This document shows positions 37,402-49,745 of a stretch of DNA of 64,000 bases, one piece after another (the stretch's first letter is position 1; every line of letters starts with the position of its first letter). The stretch is from Mobula hypostoma. Lineage: Eukaryota. The notes under the pieces were generated by a model, which saw only the letters and a list, made by a program, of their open reading frames with translations, was not told the origin of the DNA and made no database searches. Both the position numbers and the translations under genes were made by a program. The stretch covers positions 90,584,001-90,648,000 of the forward strand of contig NC_086108.1 in assembly GCF_963921235.1 (NCBI RefSeq). The letters run 5' to 3'.

Positions 37402-37618
37402 ACAGGTTGAACAGTGGCCATGCCATCATCTGCTATGCTCAACACAAGTTCAGTGAAGATATCTTTAAGATAAATTCCCCCTCCTAAAGTGCTGATGAGT
37501 CACAAAGTCAATTTATAGATATTGTTTCAATTATACTCAAGAAGAATTATACGTCGAACATTTACAATATTTCATGTTGGGGCAGCCAGTTTTATCTTGG
37601 CCAGCAAAGAAATCTTTT

Positions 37619-37716
37619 GCAACACACATAAGTTGTAGGAGGAACTCAGCAGGTCAGGCAGCATCTGTGGAAAAGAATAAATAGTTAACATTTTGGGCTG
37701 AGACCCTACGTCAGGA
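37619..37716 (-). mobile_element. Penelope terminal repeat remnant
   Basis: Minus strand CCTGACGTAGGGTCTCAGCCCAAAATG... followed by the family tail. Confidence 0.7.
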
Positions 37717-37895
37717 TAAAAAATCTTTTGTCATATTCCTGGGATTTGCATATTCTTCCTTGTACTTTGAAAATATTTTGAGAAGTTAATTGTTTTTTCT
37801 CAAATCTCCAATGGATGCTTCAGTTTGCTGTATTCATTTATAAAAATACATCATATAATCAATCACATATTATAGATTTGTTAAAATATAGCATA

Positions 37896-38275
37896 CACTT
37901 AGTAGCCATTTTATTAGGTCTAATAAAGTTTAGCTATTCTCCTCTGACCTCTCTCATTAACAAGACTTCTTTTTGCCCACAGATTAGCTGCTCGTTGGAT
38001 TTTTTTTTATTTTCGCACCAGCCTCTGCAAAATCTAGAGACTGTTGTACATGAAAATCCCAAGAGATCAGCAGTTTCTGAGATACTCAAACCGTCCTGTC
38101 TAATATCAACAATTATTCCACCGTCAAAGTCATTTAGATCATATTTCTTCTCCATTTTGATGTTTGGTCTGAACAATAACTGAACATTTTGACCATGTCT
38201 GCATGTGTTTATGCATTGAGTTGCTGCATTGATTAGATATTCACATTAATGAGCAAGTGTACAGATGTACCTTTG
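37896..38275 (-). mobile_element. Internally deleted Tc1/mariner (same family as 9809-10352)
   Basis: TA|CACTTAGTAGCCATTTTATTAGG; peptide DLNDFDGGIIVDIRQDGLSISETADLLGFS. Confidence 0.75.
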
Positions 38276-38353
38276 TACAGAAGTGTACAGAAAACCTTAG
38301 CGGTTTCCCCCCAGGGCTAAAATGGTTGCCACAAGAGAACACAGGTTTAAGGT

Positions 38354-38667
38354 AACATACATCAAAGTTGCTGGTGAACACAGCAGGCCAAGCAGCATCT
38401 ATAGGAAGAGGCGCAGTTGACGTTTCAGGCCGAGACCCTTCCTGACGAAGGGTCTCGGCCTGAAACGTCGACTGCGCCTCTTCCTATAGATGCTGCTTGG
38501 CCTGCTGCGTTCACCAGCAACTTTGATGTATGTTGCTTGAACGAAGGGTCTCGGCCTGAAACGTCGACTGCGCCTCTTCCTATAGATGCTGCTTGGCCTG
38601 CTGCGTTCACCAGCAACTTTGATGTATGTTGCTTGAATTTCCAGCATCTGCAGAATTCCTGTTGTTT
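38354..38667. mobile_element. Non-autonomous Penelope-derived insertion (inverted plus two tandem units) with 13-bp TSD
   Basis: TSD ACAGGTTTAAGGT at 38341-38353 and 38668-38680. 88-bp inverted arms. Tandem units 96 bp apart. Confidence 0.88.
38442..38474 (+). ncRNA. Hammerhead ribozyme core (5' helix I strand removed by the inversion junction)
   Basis: CUGACGA A GGG UCUCGG CCU GAAA CG UC^GACUG. Confidence 0.65.
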
Positions 38668-39959
38668 ACAGGTTTAAGGTGCTGGGGAGTAGGTATAGAG
38701 GAGATGTCAGGGGTACATTTTTTTACTCAGAGAGTGGTGAGTGCGTGGAATGGGCTGCTGGCAACGATGGTGGAGGTGGATATGATAGGGTCTTTTAAGA
38801 GACATTTGGATAGGTACATGGAGCTTAGAAAAATAGAGGGCTATAGGTAAGCCTAGTAATTTTTAAGGTAGGAACATGTTCGGCACAACTTTGTGGGCTT
38901 GAGGGCCTGTATTGTGCTGTAGTTTTTCTATGTTTCTGTGTTTCTATATACCCAATAAAGTGGCTGCTGAATGTAAAATAGTGATGCTGCAACATTTCAT
39001 GTACTTAAAAAAAACAAAGGCTTTCAACATGACTAAAGGGCATTTCAAATGGGAGGCATTGATTAACCACATTAACCTCTGGATACAACCAGTTACCTGT
39101 CTGATGATGACAAAGAAATATGTGTTGAAGAGGCTGCTGTAACAATCAATTGCCTAGCACCTATAGTTCTCAGTGGGACAATTACCAGACCATTACTCTG
39201 GTCCCAAATGTCGAGGAACCAACAGCCCCAGGAGATAAGCTGGGTAGAGACAGGCTTTTCTGGCAGATTTTGATTGATGGCCCAGTGCACAGCTCAAATG
39301 CAGCCCCAGAGACTAGCTTTTTTTGGCTTTCTTAAATTCTGGTCTCTCATTCTCTTCCTCTAGTACAAACTAACAAAAAATATTGATTCTATTTCATTAA
39401 AATCTGAGGAAAGCAAATGACCACATTACTTCAATCACAACTGATTTTTGAATCTGTGGTTGGACCTTGGCTTGAGCACAGAGCACACAATAATAATGCC
39501 ACTCAAGAATAATTTGAAATGTTTATACCCATTCCAGCTTCAGTAATTTCCAAAAAATGGCAAAGAGCATTTATATTGTCCACATCTAAACTATATCCCA
39601 GCTTTTCCTCCATGGTGTTTGTTCCGTTTTGAAATCAATATCCTCTTTTTCAGTGCAAAACCTGTTAAAATCCATCTTTGCTTTCCCCATGCTATTTAGA
39701 AGTGATCAATTTTATAGACCCTTTATAAATTGAGATTTTATTCCTCTTTTGTGTTACTTCTGCATATTGCAACCTGCAGGATTTTTAAAAATTTACAGTA
39801 AATACGAAAACAATTTTATTTTGTTCAAGGTGATTTTCTAGTTTCTGGAATAAACAGTATGAAATCACGAAATCCTGTTCTGAAGTTGGAGCTCCATGAT
39901 AATCCAGTGGTATCCCAGGATGATTCCATGGAAAGCTGGGACGGGTAAAGGGAAACGGT

Positions 39960-40262
39960 GAACTTTTTTATGTTATTTATTAGTCTGTACTGAGATACAG
40001 ACAGATCACATAACATGAGTAAAATGGAAACAGAATGCAGAATGTAATGTTGCAGGGAAACATAAATCTTAAAGGCCTCGATGAGATAGAGTAGGAGATC
40101 AAAAGTTTATCTTTTAGTGTAGTAGAGGTCTATTCAAGAGACTGATAACAATGGGATAGAAGCCTGTAGGTCATTCTGCCAGGTCTCTGCCTGATTAGAG
40201 AGGGAGAAGAGAGAAGGAGCAGGGTAGGACGGATGCTCGATTATGTTAGCTGCCTTCCAGAA
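39960..40262 (-). mobile_element. Rex1-type LINE 3' remnant
   Basis: TATTCAAGAGACTGATAACAATGGGATAGAAGC is antisense to the SFYP-like end; 3' UTR-like sequence follows. Confidence 0.45.
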
Positions 40263-40279
40263 GACAACTTGCTCTGAAC

Positions 40280-41840
40280 ATCATACACAGATTGCTGGAA
40301 GAACTCAGCAGGTCAGGCAGCATCTATGGTAATGAATAACTAGTCAATAGTTCAAGCTGAGACCCTTCATCAGCACCGGGAAAATAAGGGGGGAAATGCC
40401 AGAATGAAAAGGCGAGGGGGAGGGGAAGGAGGACAAGTTAGAAGATGATGGGTAAGCCAGGTGAATGGGAAAGGTATAAGGCTGGAGAAGAAGGAATCTG
40501 ATAGGAGAAGAGAGTAGACCTTGGGAGAAAAATGGAGAAAGAGGGGTCTTAGGGGGAGGTGATACGCAGGTAGGGAGAAGAGGTAAGTGACCAGTGTGTG
40601 GAATAGAAGAAGAGGGAAGGGGAGAACAAAAGAAAAGAAAATTACCAGAAAGAAAAATCAATTTTCATGCCATCAGGCTGGAGGCTACCTAGATAGAATA
40701 TGAGATGTTGACCTTCCACCCTGAGAGTGACCTCACCATTACAGAAAAGGAGGACATGGGCTGACATGTTGGAAAGGGAATAGGAATTAAAGTATTTGGC
40801 TACTGGGAAATTCTATTTTTGGCAGATAGAGTGGAGATGTTAGATAAAGTGGTCCCCCAACTTACGTTGGGTCTCACTGATGTAGAGGAGGACGTATCAG
40901 CAGCACCAGATACATAGACAACCCCAACAGATTCACAAGTGAAGCATTGGCTCACCTGGAACGACTGTTAGGGGCCTGAATGAAGTTGACGAAGGAGGTA
41001 AATGGGCAGGTGCAGCATTTCTCTCGCTGGCAGGGATTTGTGCCAGGAGGAAGATTAGTGGGGAGGGAAAATGGATGATGAATCGTGGAGGGAGCCAACC
41101 CTGTGGAAAGCAGAGAATGGGTGGGGGACAGTAAAGGTGCATTTGGCAGTAGGATCCCCATTGAACATGGTAAGGGTAGCAGAGAATGATGTGTTGGATG
41201 TAGAGGCTCATGGGGTGGTAGGTGAGGACAAGAGGAACTCTATCCTGTTAAGGTGGCAGGAAGAAGGGGTGTGCGCAGATGTCCAGGAAATGGAGATGTG
41301 AGTGAGGGCAGCAGTAATGGTGGAGGAAGGTTAACTCCATTCTTTGAAGAAAAAGGATATCTCTGATGTCCTGGAAAGGAAAGCCTTGTCTTGGGAACAG
41401 ATGTGGCAGAGAAGAAAGAACTGAGAAAAGGGAATAATATTTTTACAGGAGACAGGGTGGGAGGACAGGACGTCAAGATAGCCGTGGGAATTAGTAGGTT
41501 TATAAAAGATGTCAGTAGAAATATTGTCTCCAGAGATGGAGACAGGGGGATTGAGAAAGGGAAGAGAGGTGTCAGAAATGGACAAAATGAATTTAAGGGC
41601 AGGGTAGAAGGTAAAGTCAAGGTTGATGAAATTGATGAGCTCAGTATGAACATGTGAAGCAGCACCAATGCAGTTGTCAGTGTAGTGCAGAAAGAATTGG
41701 GAAGCATTACCAGGGAAGGCTTGGAACATGGACTGTTTCATATTGCCATCAAAGAAGCAGGCATAGCTGGGGCCCTTGCTAGTGTGCATGGTTACCCCTT
41801 GAGTTTGGAGGAAGTGGGAGGAGCCAAAGGAGAAATTTGT
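40280..41840 (-). mobile_element. Penelope-like retroelement: decayed RT, GIY-YIG endonuclease and hammerhead-bearing terminal repeat
   Basis: NFSFGSSHFLQTQGVTM...GPSYAC...FFLHYTDNC...LPFLN...FYKPTNSHGYL...HPVSCKNIIPFSQF. FTCESVGVVY/LYISETQRKLGDHF at about 40845-40960. Degenerate hammerhead at 40341-40378. Confidence 0.9.
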
Positions 41841-41849
41841 ACATTGAAC

Positions 41850-42520
41850 ATACAAACATAAGGAATTGAGAAGCAGGAGCATGATTAAGCGACCTGGTCC
41901 TTCAAGACGTCTCTGCCACTCATGTGGTCCATGACTTATCTTCCACTTCAGTGCCATTATTCTCATGTATCTTAATTTTCCATTGTTTGGAAATCCTTCC
42001 ATCTCTGTTTTGAAGGAACACAGTGACTGAGTTTCTAATTCCAGAGGTTTGCTCTCTTCTAGATGAAAAAATAAATCTCCTCATTTTAGTCCAAAACAGC
42101 TTACCCCTTGTTCTGAAACTGTGCCCACATTCTTGTTCCTAGATTCCTCATTGAGGAGAAGCATCATGCTTACATTTGACTTACTATCTTGAAGAATTTT
42201 TTGAGTTTCAATTAGATCTCCTTTCATCCTTCTAAAGCCAAGGAAATACAATTCAAATTCTACTTAATCGCTCTTCCTAAGGAAAACCACCATTCTTGGG
42301 CCAGGTCTAGTGATATTTTTGCTGCTTTTATGGTCAATATATTTCTTGCATAAGGAGACCAAAACTGTACTCAGTGCTCCAGATGTGGTGTCACCAGGGC
42401 CCTGCACAATTGCAATAAGACTTACCTAGCTCTATATTCAAACCTTATGAAGTAATGGCCAACATAAAAATCAGCTTAATAATTGCATCTATCACTTGCA
42501 TGGGACCTTCAGTGACTTAT
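41850..42520 (-). mobile_element. Old CR1 3' fragment
   Basis: GGAGACCAAAACTGTACTCAGTGCTCCAGATGTGGT is antisense to PHLEH*VQFWSP. Confidence 0.65.
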
Positions 42521-42583
42521 GTATGAATTGGTATATTTATCAATTTGTACATAAGGTAAACAAATTGACATTTTTTCACATTA

Positions 42584-43500
42584 CAGTTGGCCCTCCTTAT
42601 CCGCGGGTTCCGCATGCGCTAATTCAACCAACTGCGAATCGAGAAAACCTGGAAGTGCTCTTACAGCACTTGTTCGAATATGTACAGACTTTTTTTCTTG
42701 TCATTATTCCCTAAACAATACAGTATAACAACTATTTTACATAGCATTTACGTTGTATAGGTATTATAAGTAATCTAGAGATAATTTAAAGTATACGGGA
42801 GGATGTGTGTAGGTTATTGTGGATTGGGATTGAAAAAAACTGGAAGTTCTCTTACTAAGTAAATCGGAACAGGTACATCTGGTATTATTTAGAGTCCGTT
42901 AGTCAAACGTTTGTCTTAGTATATAGTATATACTTTACCTTTCTATGGCTATAAAACACTTAAGAAACATATGTTTCAGCGCCGGGCCCGGAAACGGAAA
43001 TTCCCGAGTGCGATCCAGTGACAGACCGCTCCTGAGCGTGCTCTCCATCCATGCCGGGTTGATGTAGAGGATCAAAAACCCAAAACCCCAAAACCCAATA
43101 ATTAAACCACTGTGTTGCTTAGTAATAATTGTAGCTTTCATTGGGGCAGGGCTTTTCTCACTTTGTCCTTTAAAATTGTTCCGATTGTTGACCGACTGTA
43201 GCCTAACGCTATTCCAATGACCAATGGCGTTTCACCTCTTTCCGATCACTTTATTATTTCCACTTTATTTTAAATCGCGATTGTGATTATTTTCGTGAAC
43301 AGAAGCACTCGGATTCAGAGCTCTACCGCCGGGTCCTAATGTCCACTGCACTGAGACAGGTTAAATAAGGTCCAGGGTTCCACTGGGTCCTAAGGTCCAC
43401 CGCATTTACACAGGTTGAATAAGGGACTTGAGCAGCCGCGTTTTTTGGTAACCACGAGGGGTCCCGGAACCAATCTCTCACGGATAAGGAGGGCTGAACG
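42584..43500 (-). mobile_element. Tigger/pogo (MER2-like) internal-deletion transposon
   Basis: TA|CAGTTGGCCCTCCTTATCCG ... CGGATAAGGAGGGCTGAACG|TA. Minus-strand HTH remnant NKVEIIK*SERGETPLVIGIALGYSRSTIGTILKDK...MKATIITKQHSGLI. Confidence 0.88.
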
Positions 43501-43554
43501 TATTTTCTCTCCGCCATGTCCTCACTCACTCCTTTGTTTAACTCTATCCTATTA

Positions 43555-44331
43555 TGTGCCAGCAGCAATAGACCATAGACTCAGTTTTTAATGTTAAACA
43601 GCTATATTTTCAGTATCTACCCAAAATACAGACAATTAAACAAATTATTCCCCTAAATAAAAATTAACAGCGCTATGCATTTGTTGCTCACAAACGGTGT
43701 CTGGTTTGGGAACAGTTCTTCTTAAATCTTACTCAAACACAGTCCCAGAAATGGCAATCCAGATGATTCCAGAAATCCATGGAAACAGGTGAGGGAAAGA
43801 AGCATGTAAATCCACACTAAGATGACACGAGGCAGCGATCACAGAAAATTCCAGAGGATCCACACTGGGAAAACAAGATAGCAGTCACAGCAAATTTCAG
43901 TCGTTGAGTAGCATTCCAAAATCCACCTAGGGATATCACAAGGTGACGGTCACGGAATATTCCTTAACACAATTGGTCGCCACCTAACACACCCAAATCC
44001 ATGTATGGGTTAACAAAAAGTGGTCGCCACAGGAATACTCCAGAAATCCAAGTATGGATCATGTAAAGTGACAGTCATGTATCCAATATGCACTGTATGC
44101 TGCTAATTATCACACTCCTCTGGACATGGAGAAGGATTAGACTCGTCCGCTGCTGTAGCAAGCTCTTCAACTATCTCCACCCAGCTCGCTGTCCTGCTGG
44201 TACCTCGCAGTCCGCTGTTCCTTCTCTGCCAAATGTCCCAGAAACCTGTCCGCATTTTTATAATGACATCATCCACCCGCCTCATCCAAGCGCTTAAAAT
44301 GACGCTCGCAGTAAAAAAAATTGTTGACACA
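43555..44331. mobile_element. Possible LTR-like repeat
   Basis: TG...CA-bounded non-coding block with repeated CCAGAAATCCA-like motifs. No clear TSD. Confidence 0.3.
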
Positions 44332-44439
44332 TAACAAACTCCTTGAATTTTTTAAAATCCTTCTTCATGCTGGTAATTCCAGTTATCAGCAGACACATGA
44401 GTACGATCCTAATTCCCCCTAAATCAGGTTATTGCTATG

Positions 44440-45630
44440 GATCTTGAATAGCTGGGGCCGCAACACCAGTCCCTAATATATTTCACTGGTCATGTACAAC
44501 CAATATGAAAATCTGTTTATTCCCACTTTGAAAAAAAGGAAGCTGCAATCTATGTCAGTGTATTAACCCAATTCTGTGCTGTAAATGCATTGGCCAACCT
44601 CTATCAAAAATATTCTGAAAATCCAAATGCACTACATTCAGTAGTTCACTCTTATCTGTTATAGTGACTGCCTTCTCAGTGGACTTCAGTGCATTAATCA
44701 AATCATCTGTGCTGACCTTCCTCAATAGTATTAATCTTTTCAAAGTGCTTTATTTTACTCTCTGCCTTAAAGGTTCCAGCATTTCCCTACCACCATAGTT
44801 TAACTAATAAATCACTATTTCCTATTTTCTCCCTGTCCATTTGCTACTCTTCAATTCACAGGAATAAGTCCACAATCTACAGAACCCTGTTAAATGATAA
44901 CCAACACATCTGTTGTCTTAAGAACAACCCTTTCAAAATTCTGGGATGTAGAGCATCTGGTCCTTGTGATTTATCACATTTTATGCTCACAAATGTTTCT
45001 AGTACTATTTCTTGGCTAATACTTACCTCCTTGTGTTTCTCATTCTTCATAGATCTTAGTCCTGTAATATATTTGGTCCTTTTTATGTGTCTTCCTCCAT
45101 GAAGACAGATACCAATAAGTTGTTTAACTCTTCTGCTATTTCCTGTTTCCCATAATAACTTCTCTTGGGAGGAAGGGCACATTTCCCCATGTTCAGTTTT
45201 TGTTTCTTTTCATATAGCTCTTACTTTTTTATGTTTTCCCATTCTAATCTCATAAAATATCTTTCTTTATCAATTTCTTAATTTTCCTTTGCTGATTTCT
45301 AAAATCTTTCCAATCCTTAACTCTACTGCTGAATCTAACAAATTTCTAAACCTCATCCTTTGGCTTGTTACTGTGTTTAATTTCTGTTGTCAGCCACAGA
45401 TAAAGCACTTCCCTTTTGGGTTTGTGTCTTAAAGGTCTTTTTTTGGCATTATTTATTTAAATCATATCTGCTTCTTGTCCATTATTGTACTTTTCAATGT
45501 ATCCACCAAATCAACAACTCTCCAGTGATACTTTCGTAGTTTTCTTTGCTTAGATTTAAGACCAGAATTTTAAATTCAATGTCAAATTCTATCATATAAT
45601 AGTTACTCTTTCCCAACATCCCCTTGAAAA
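44440..45630 (-). mobile_element. Old CR1 ORF2 fragments
   Basis: VVHLDFQNIFD; DKSQGPDALHPRILK. Confidence 0.7.
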
Positions 45631-45636
45631 TACAGT

Positions 45637-46440
45637 CATCATAGAATCATAGAAATCTACAGAGCATTACAGGCCCTTTGGCCCACAATGTTGTGCTGAC
45701 CATGTAACCTACTCTAGAAACTGCCTAGAATTTCCTTAGCGCATAGCCCTCTATTTTTCTAAGCTCCATGTACCTATCTGAGAAGCTCTTAAAAGACCCT
45801 ATTGTATCCACCTCTACCACTGTCGCTGACTGTGCATTCCACGCACCCACCACTAACTGTGCGGAAAAACTTACCTCTGACATCCCCCTTGTACTTACTT
45901 CCAAGCACCTTAAAACTATTTCCCTTCATGTTAGCCATTTCAGACCTGGGAAAAAGCCTCTGGCTATCCACACAATCAATACCTCTCATCATCTTATGCA
46001 CCTTTATCACATTACCTTTTATCCTCTGCCAAGTTAACTCAACCTATTCTCATAAGGCACACTCTCCAGTCCAGGCAACAGCCTTGTAAATCTCTTCTGC
46101 ACCCTTTCAATAAAAACTTTTATTGAGGAAAAACTTTTTCACACAGAGGGTTGTGGTTCTGTGGAATGCTCTGCCTCAGAAGGCAGTGGAGGCCAGTTCT
46201 CTGGATTCTTTCAAAAAACAAAGTTAGGTAGAGCTCTTAAGGATAGCGGAGTGAAGGGATATGGGGAGAAGGAAGGAAAAGGGTACTGATTGTGGATGAT
46301 CAGCCATGATCACAGTGAATTGTGGTGCTGGCTCGAAGGGCTGAATGGCCTACTCCTGCACCTATTGTCTATTGTCAATAGTATCCACATCCTTCCTATA
46401 GCGTAGTGACCAGAACTGAACGCAGTACTCCAAGTTGTAT
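45637..46440. mobile_element. Two nested CR1 3' ends in opposite orientations
   Basis: Minus strand VHKMMRGIDCVDSQRLFPR. Plus strand 46110-46380 FFTQRVVVLWNALPQK with a CTATTGT tail. Confidence 0.75.
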
Positions 46441-48099
46441 CTTCAACCTATTGATCTAATAAAGCATCCTGTTTACATTCTAATAATTCAACATCCCATT
46501 TATTTCTGTAAATTTGATTTATCCATTATATATGTACATTAGTGTTCCAAGATTAATTCAGATTCAGATTAATTTGCTTATCCATGTACATTGAAACAAA
46601 CAGTAAAATGCAACATTTGCATTTTAACAACCTACACATCTTACGTATGTACAGGAGGCAGCTCACAATTACTGCCACACCTTCTGCCATTTACGCTGTT
46701 GCCTTTTACATTTGTGTATGTATTAACCATGGTTGTATCAGGCATAAGATACAAGAAGTAGCTCCCCTTGCTTGCTTCCGATGCAGTGTCTTCACAAGAC
46801 GGGTGACCCTGAACATTGTCCTATTAAAAGGATCTACTGCTCAGTGTCTGAGAAGCAGGAACCATCGATTGTGTTACTCACAACTTGCCTTTTGCTTCAT
46901 CCACCACCTGCACCCCATGGCTTCACTGTAACCCAAGTAGGGAGGCTAACAGGTGCTACACCTTGCCTAAGGGTGACCTGGAGGTAGCTGTGGTTAATGG
47001 TAACCTCACTACCCAAAGCAAATGCTCCACAGCCGGACTAAATGCTCCTCATACCCAAGAGAGACCCCACCACTACTTAATAAATTTTTTCGTCAGTCAC
47101 CTTACGTAAAGACAGTGCTGTGCATAGCGTCACTTTATGATCTATATATCCTATCTTACGTATTTATATTTATTATGTTTTTTTTATCTTATTGTGTTTT
47201 TTTGTGCTACATTAGTTCAGAAGTAACAATTATCCTGTTCTCCTTTGCACTTCTGTATGGCAATTGACATTAAACAATCTTGCCACACACACACAGAGAC
47301 AGTCCTTCGACCCTAGGACAGGCTATCTTGTGGCTTCCAACCTCCAGTGGACTTAGAGACTCAGGGACTCGACCTTTAGATGTATAAATGCATATTTTCC
47401 TTTTCATTTTTGATTTCATCTGTATTATTCCCATCTCGTGCACCTCGAATTTCCTGAATTATGTCGCAACCACACATTACAAAATTTCAGTGGCAAAAAA
47501 TAACTCCTATAGATGTTTTCTGTTTTGCCTAATTCGTATGTTTATACACACAGCTTAAGATATGCTTTATCTGTATTTTCTAAGCTATAGGAAAAAAGTT
47601 CTTTTCAGTTCTATTACTGAAAAATCCTGTTGATAAGGGACACAACTGCCATGTGCTAAATGGTTTCTGCATGGGTTAGAAACTTCCCTATGTTTTGAAA
47701 ATAAACATGATCTTGTTGTTTGGTAAAAGAAATGAGGTGGGAAATGTTATAGATAAAATATGTTTCACCGAATAATACAACAATAAATGTATTTCCCCTA
47801 TTGGTGAAAAAGGTAGATGCAATGTGTAGAGACTGTGTGAGGAAGGATAGGCAGTGGACAGGGCATAAATGCAGACAGATGGGTTGAAATGTGTTTACTT
47901 TAATGCAAGGAGTATCAGGAATAAGGGTGATTAACTTAGACATGGATTAGTACATGGACATTGTGGGCATTACAGAGACTTGGCTAAGTACCTTGCTTCA
48001 ATATTTACCGGTTAGATGGACCTTGCAGAATGTGAGGACAGCATAGAATAAGCTAATATGCTGAAAAAATGTCATGATTAATATAGAGGATGTGCTGGA

Positions 48100-48940
48100 A
48101 CTTTGAAAATCTTTAGGTTTAAACTGGTTAATACTTCATCGTTATGTGCTCGCCATTCCCTCATACAATTTAAGGTGGTACGTAGAGCTCATATGACTAA
48201 GGATAAGCTATCTCATTTTTATTCAGATATATCTCCCTACTGTGACAGATGTAATAATGGAGAAGCTTCATTAATTCATATGTTTTGGACTTGTCCGAGT
48301 CTTGAAAAATATTGGAAAGAAATTTTTCAAACTTTTTCTTTACTTTTCAAAATCAATTTTAAGCCGAGTCCTCTGATGACTCTATTTGGTCTTGTTGCAG
48401 GATAAGATATCAAGCTGAAGACGTCTGATTTACATATTTTGGCCTTTAGCTCTCTTATAGCTAGGAGGGTGCTTTTGTTTAAATGGAAAGATGTTTTTCC
48501 TCCTACTCATGCTCAATGGTTATGCGACGTTATGTCATGCTTAGATTTAGAGAAGATTCGTTGTTCAATTTCTGAATCTTGTCAAGACTTTCAAACATTG
48601 TGGGGACCTTTTCTGAATTATTTTCAAAACCTTCAATTCGTTGTTTAAATTCAGATGTTAGCTGTTATTATTTTTTATTATATGAGAAGATATTTTACCT
48701 TTTTTCTCCTTAATAAACAGCTTTGATCTTGGTAGGGGTTAAATTCTTATTTTTTGTAATAAATTAGTATATTTCAATATAACTATTGATTAACTTACAT
48801 GAATATGGGGCAACGAGATTGTAATTATGAATAGATATAATGTAATTGGTAGTTTTTAAAAATCTTTTTTGACCTTTTATATATGCTTTCTTGTACTCTG
48901 TATTCTTCTATGTAGAAACAAATAAAAATATTGGAAAGGA
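48100..48940 (+). mobile_element. L1-clade LINE ORF2 3' end (CCHC zinc finger) and 3' UTR
   Basis: CARHSLIQFKVVRRAHMTK...CDRC...LIHMFWTCP; FSSLIARRVLLFKWK...WGPFLNY; AATAAA at the 3' end. Confidence 0.88.
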
Positions 48941-48944
48941 ACAT

Positions 48945-49745
48945 CATTAGGATTGGTGAATTTTATAAAACTCTGGTTAGACCACACTTGGAGTATTGTG
49001 TTCAGTTCTGATCACTCATTATAGGAAGGGCATTGGAGCCTCAGAAGGGATGTACAAGAGATTTACTAGGATGCTGTTTAGATTAGAGAGCATTTCTTAG
49101 GAGGACATTTCCAACTTCACTTTCAAAGATTCTTCACAATTCACATTTTCAGTATTTTTTTAATTTGGACAATTTGTCTTCTTTTCCACATTGATATTTT
49201 TTGTCAGCCTTTGTCTGTTCATTTATAGATTTTTTTCATAAATCCTATTGCATTTCCTGTAATTCCTTGCATGAAAATGAACATCAGAGTAGTATATGGG
49301 AACATACATATACTTTTGATAATAAATTTAATTTAAACAGTGAACTTTGAAAGGTGGACCAAGCTAAGGATTTTCTTCTTGGAGCCGAGGAGAATGAGTG
49401 ATGTAGGTGTACACTGTGATAAAAGGCACAGATAGGTTGGACAGCCAGTCCCTTTTTCTCAGGGTACAAGGGAGCATACTGTACTTTTGAGGTGACTGGA
49501 GGAAAGTTCAGCAGGCATGTCAGAGGTAGCGTACTTTTACACAGAGTGCATTGAACATACTGCTAGGGGTGTGGTTAGAGTCAGAGACATTAAGGATGTT
49601 TCAGAGACTATTAGATAGGCATATGGATGAAAGAAAAATTGAGGCCTATGTGGGAGGGAAGGTTAGATAGATCTTTGAGTAGGTTAAAAGGTCAGCACAA
49701 CATTGTGGGCTGAAGCGTCTGTACTCTGCTGTACTGTTCTATGTA
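48945..49745 (+). mobile_element. CR1 3' fragment with nested Rex1 tail
   Basis: FYKTLVRPHLEYCVQF; CR1 3' UTR at about 49690-49745. Rex1-like UTR at about 49110-49350. Confidence 0.7.

Larger units (their letters stand above)
38300..38945 (+). mobile_element. CR1 3' tail hosting a Penelope-derived insertion
   Basis: FFTQRVVSAWNGL...FKRHLDRYM and a (TTTCTATG)n tail. Confidence 0.8.

Noticed and set aside
38354..38667. CRISPR-like repeat array
   Set aside because: Whole 96-bp units are duplicated with no unique spacers, there are no cas genes, and the context is a eukaryotic Penelope repeat.
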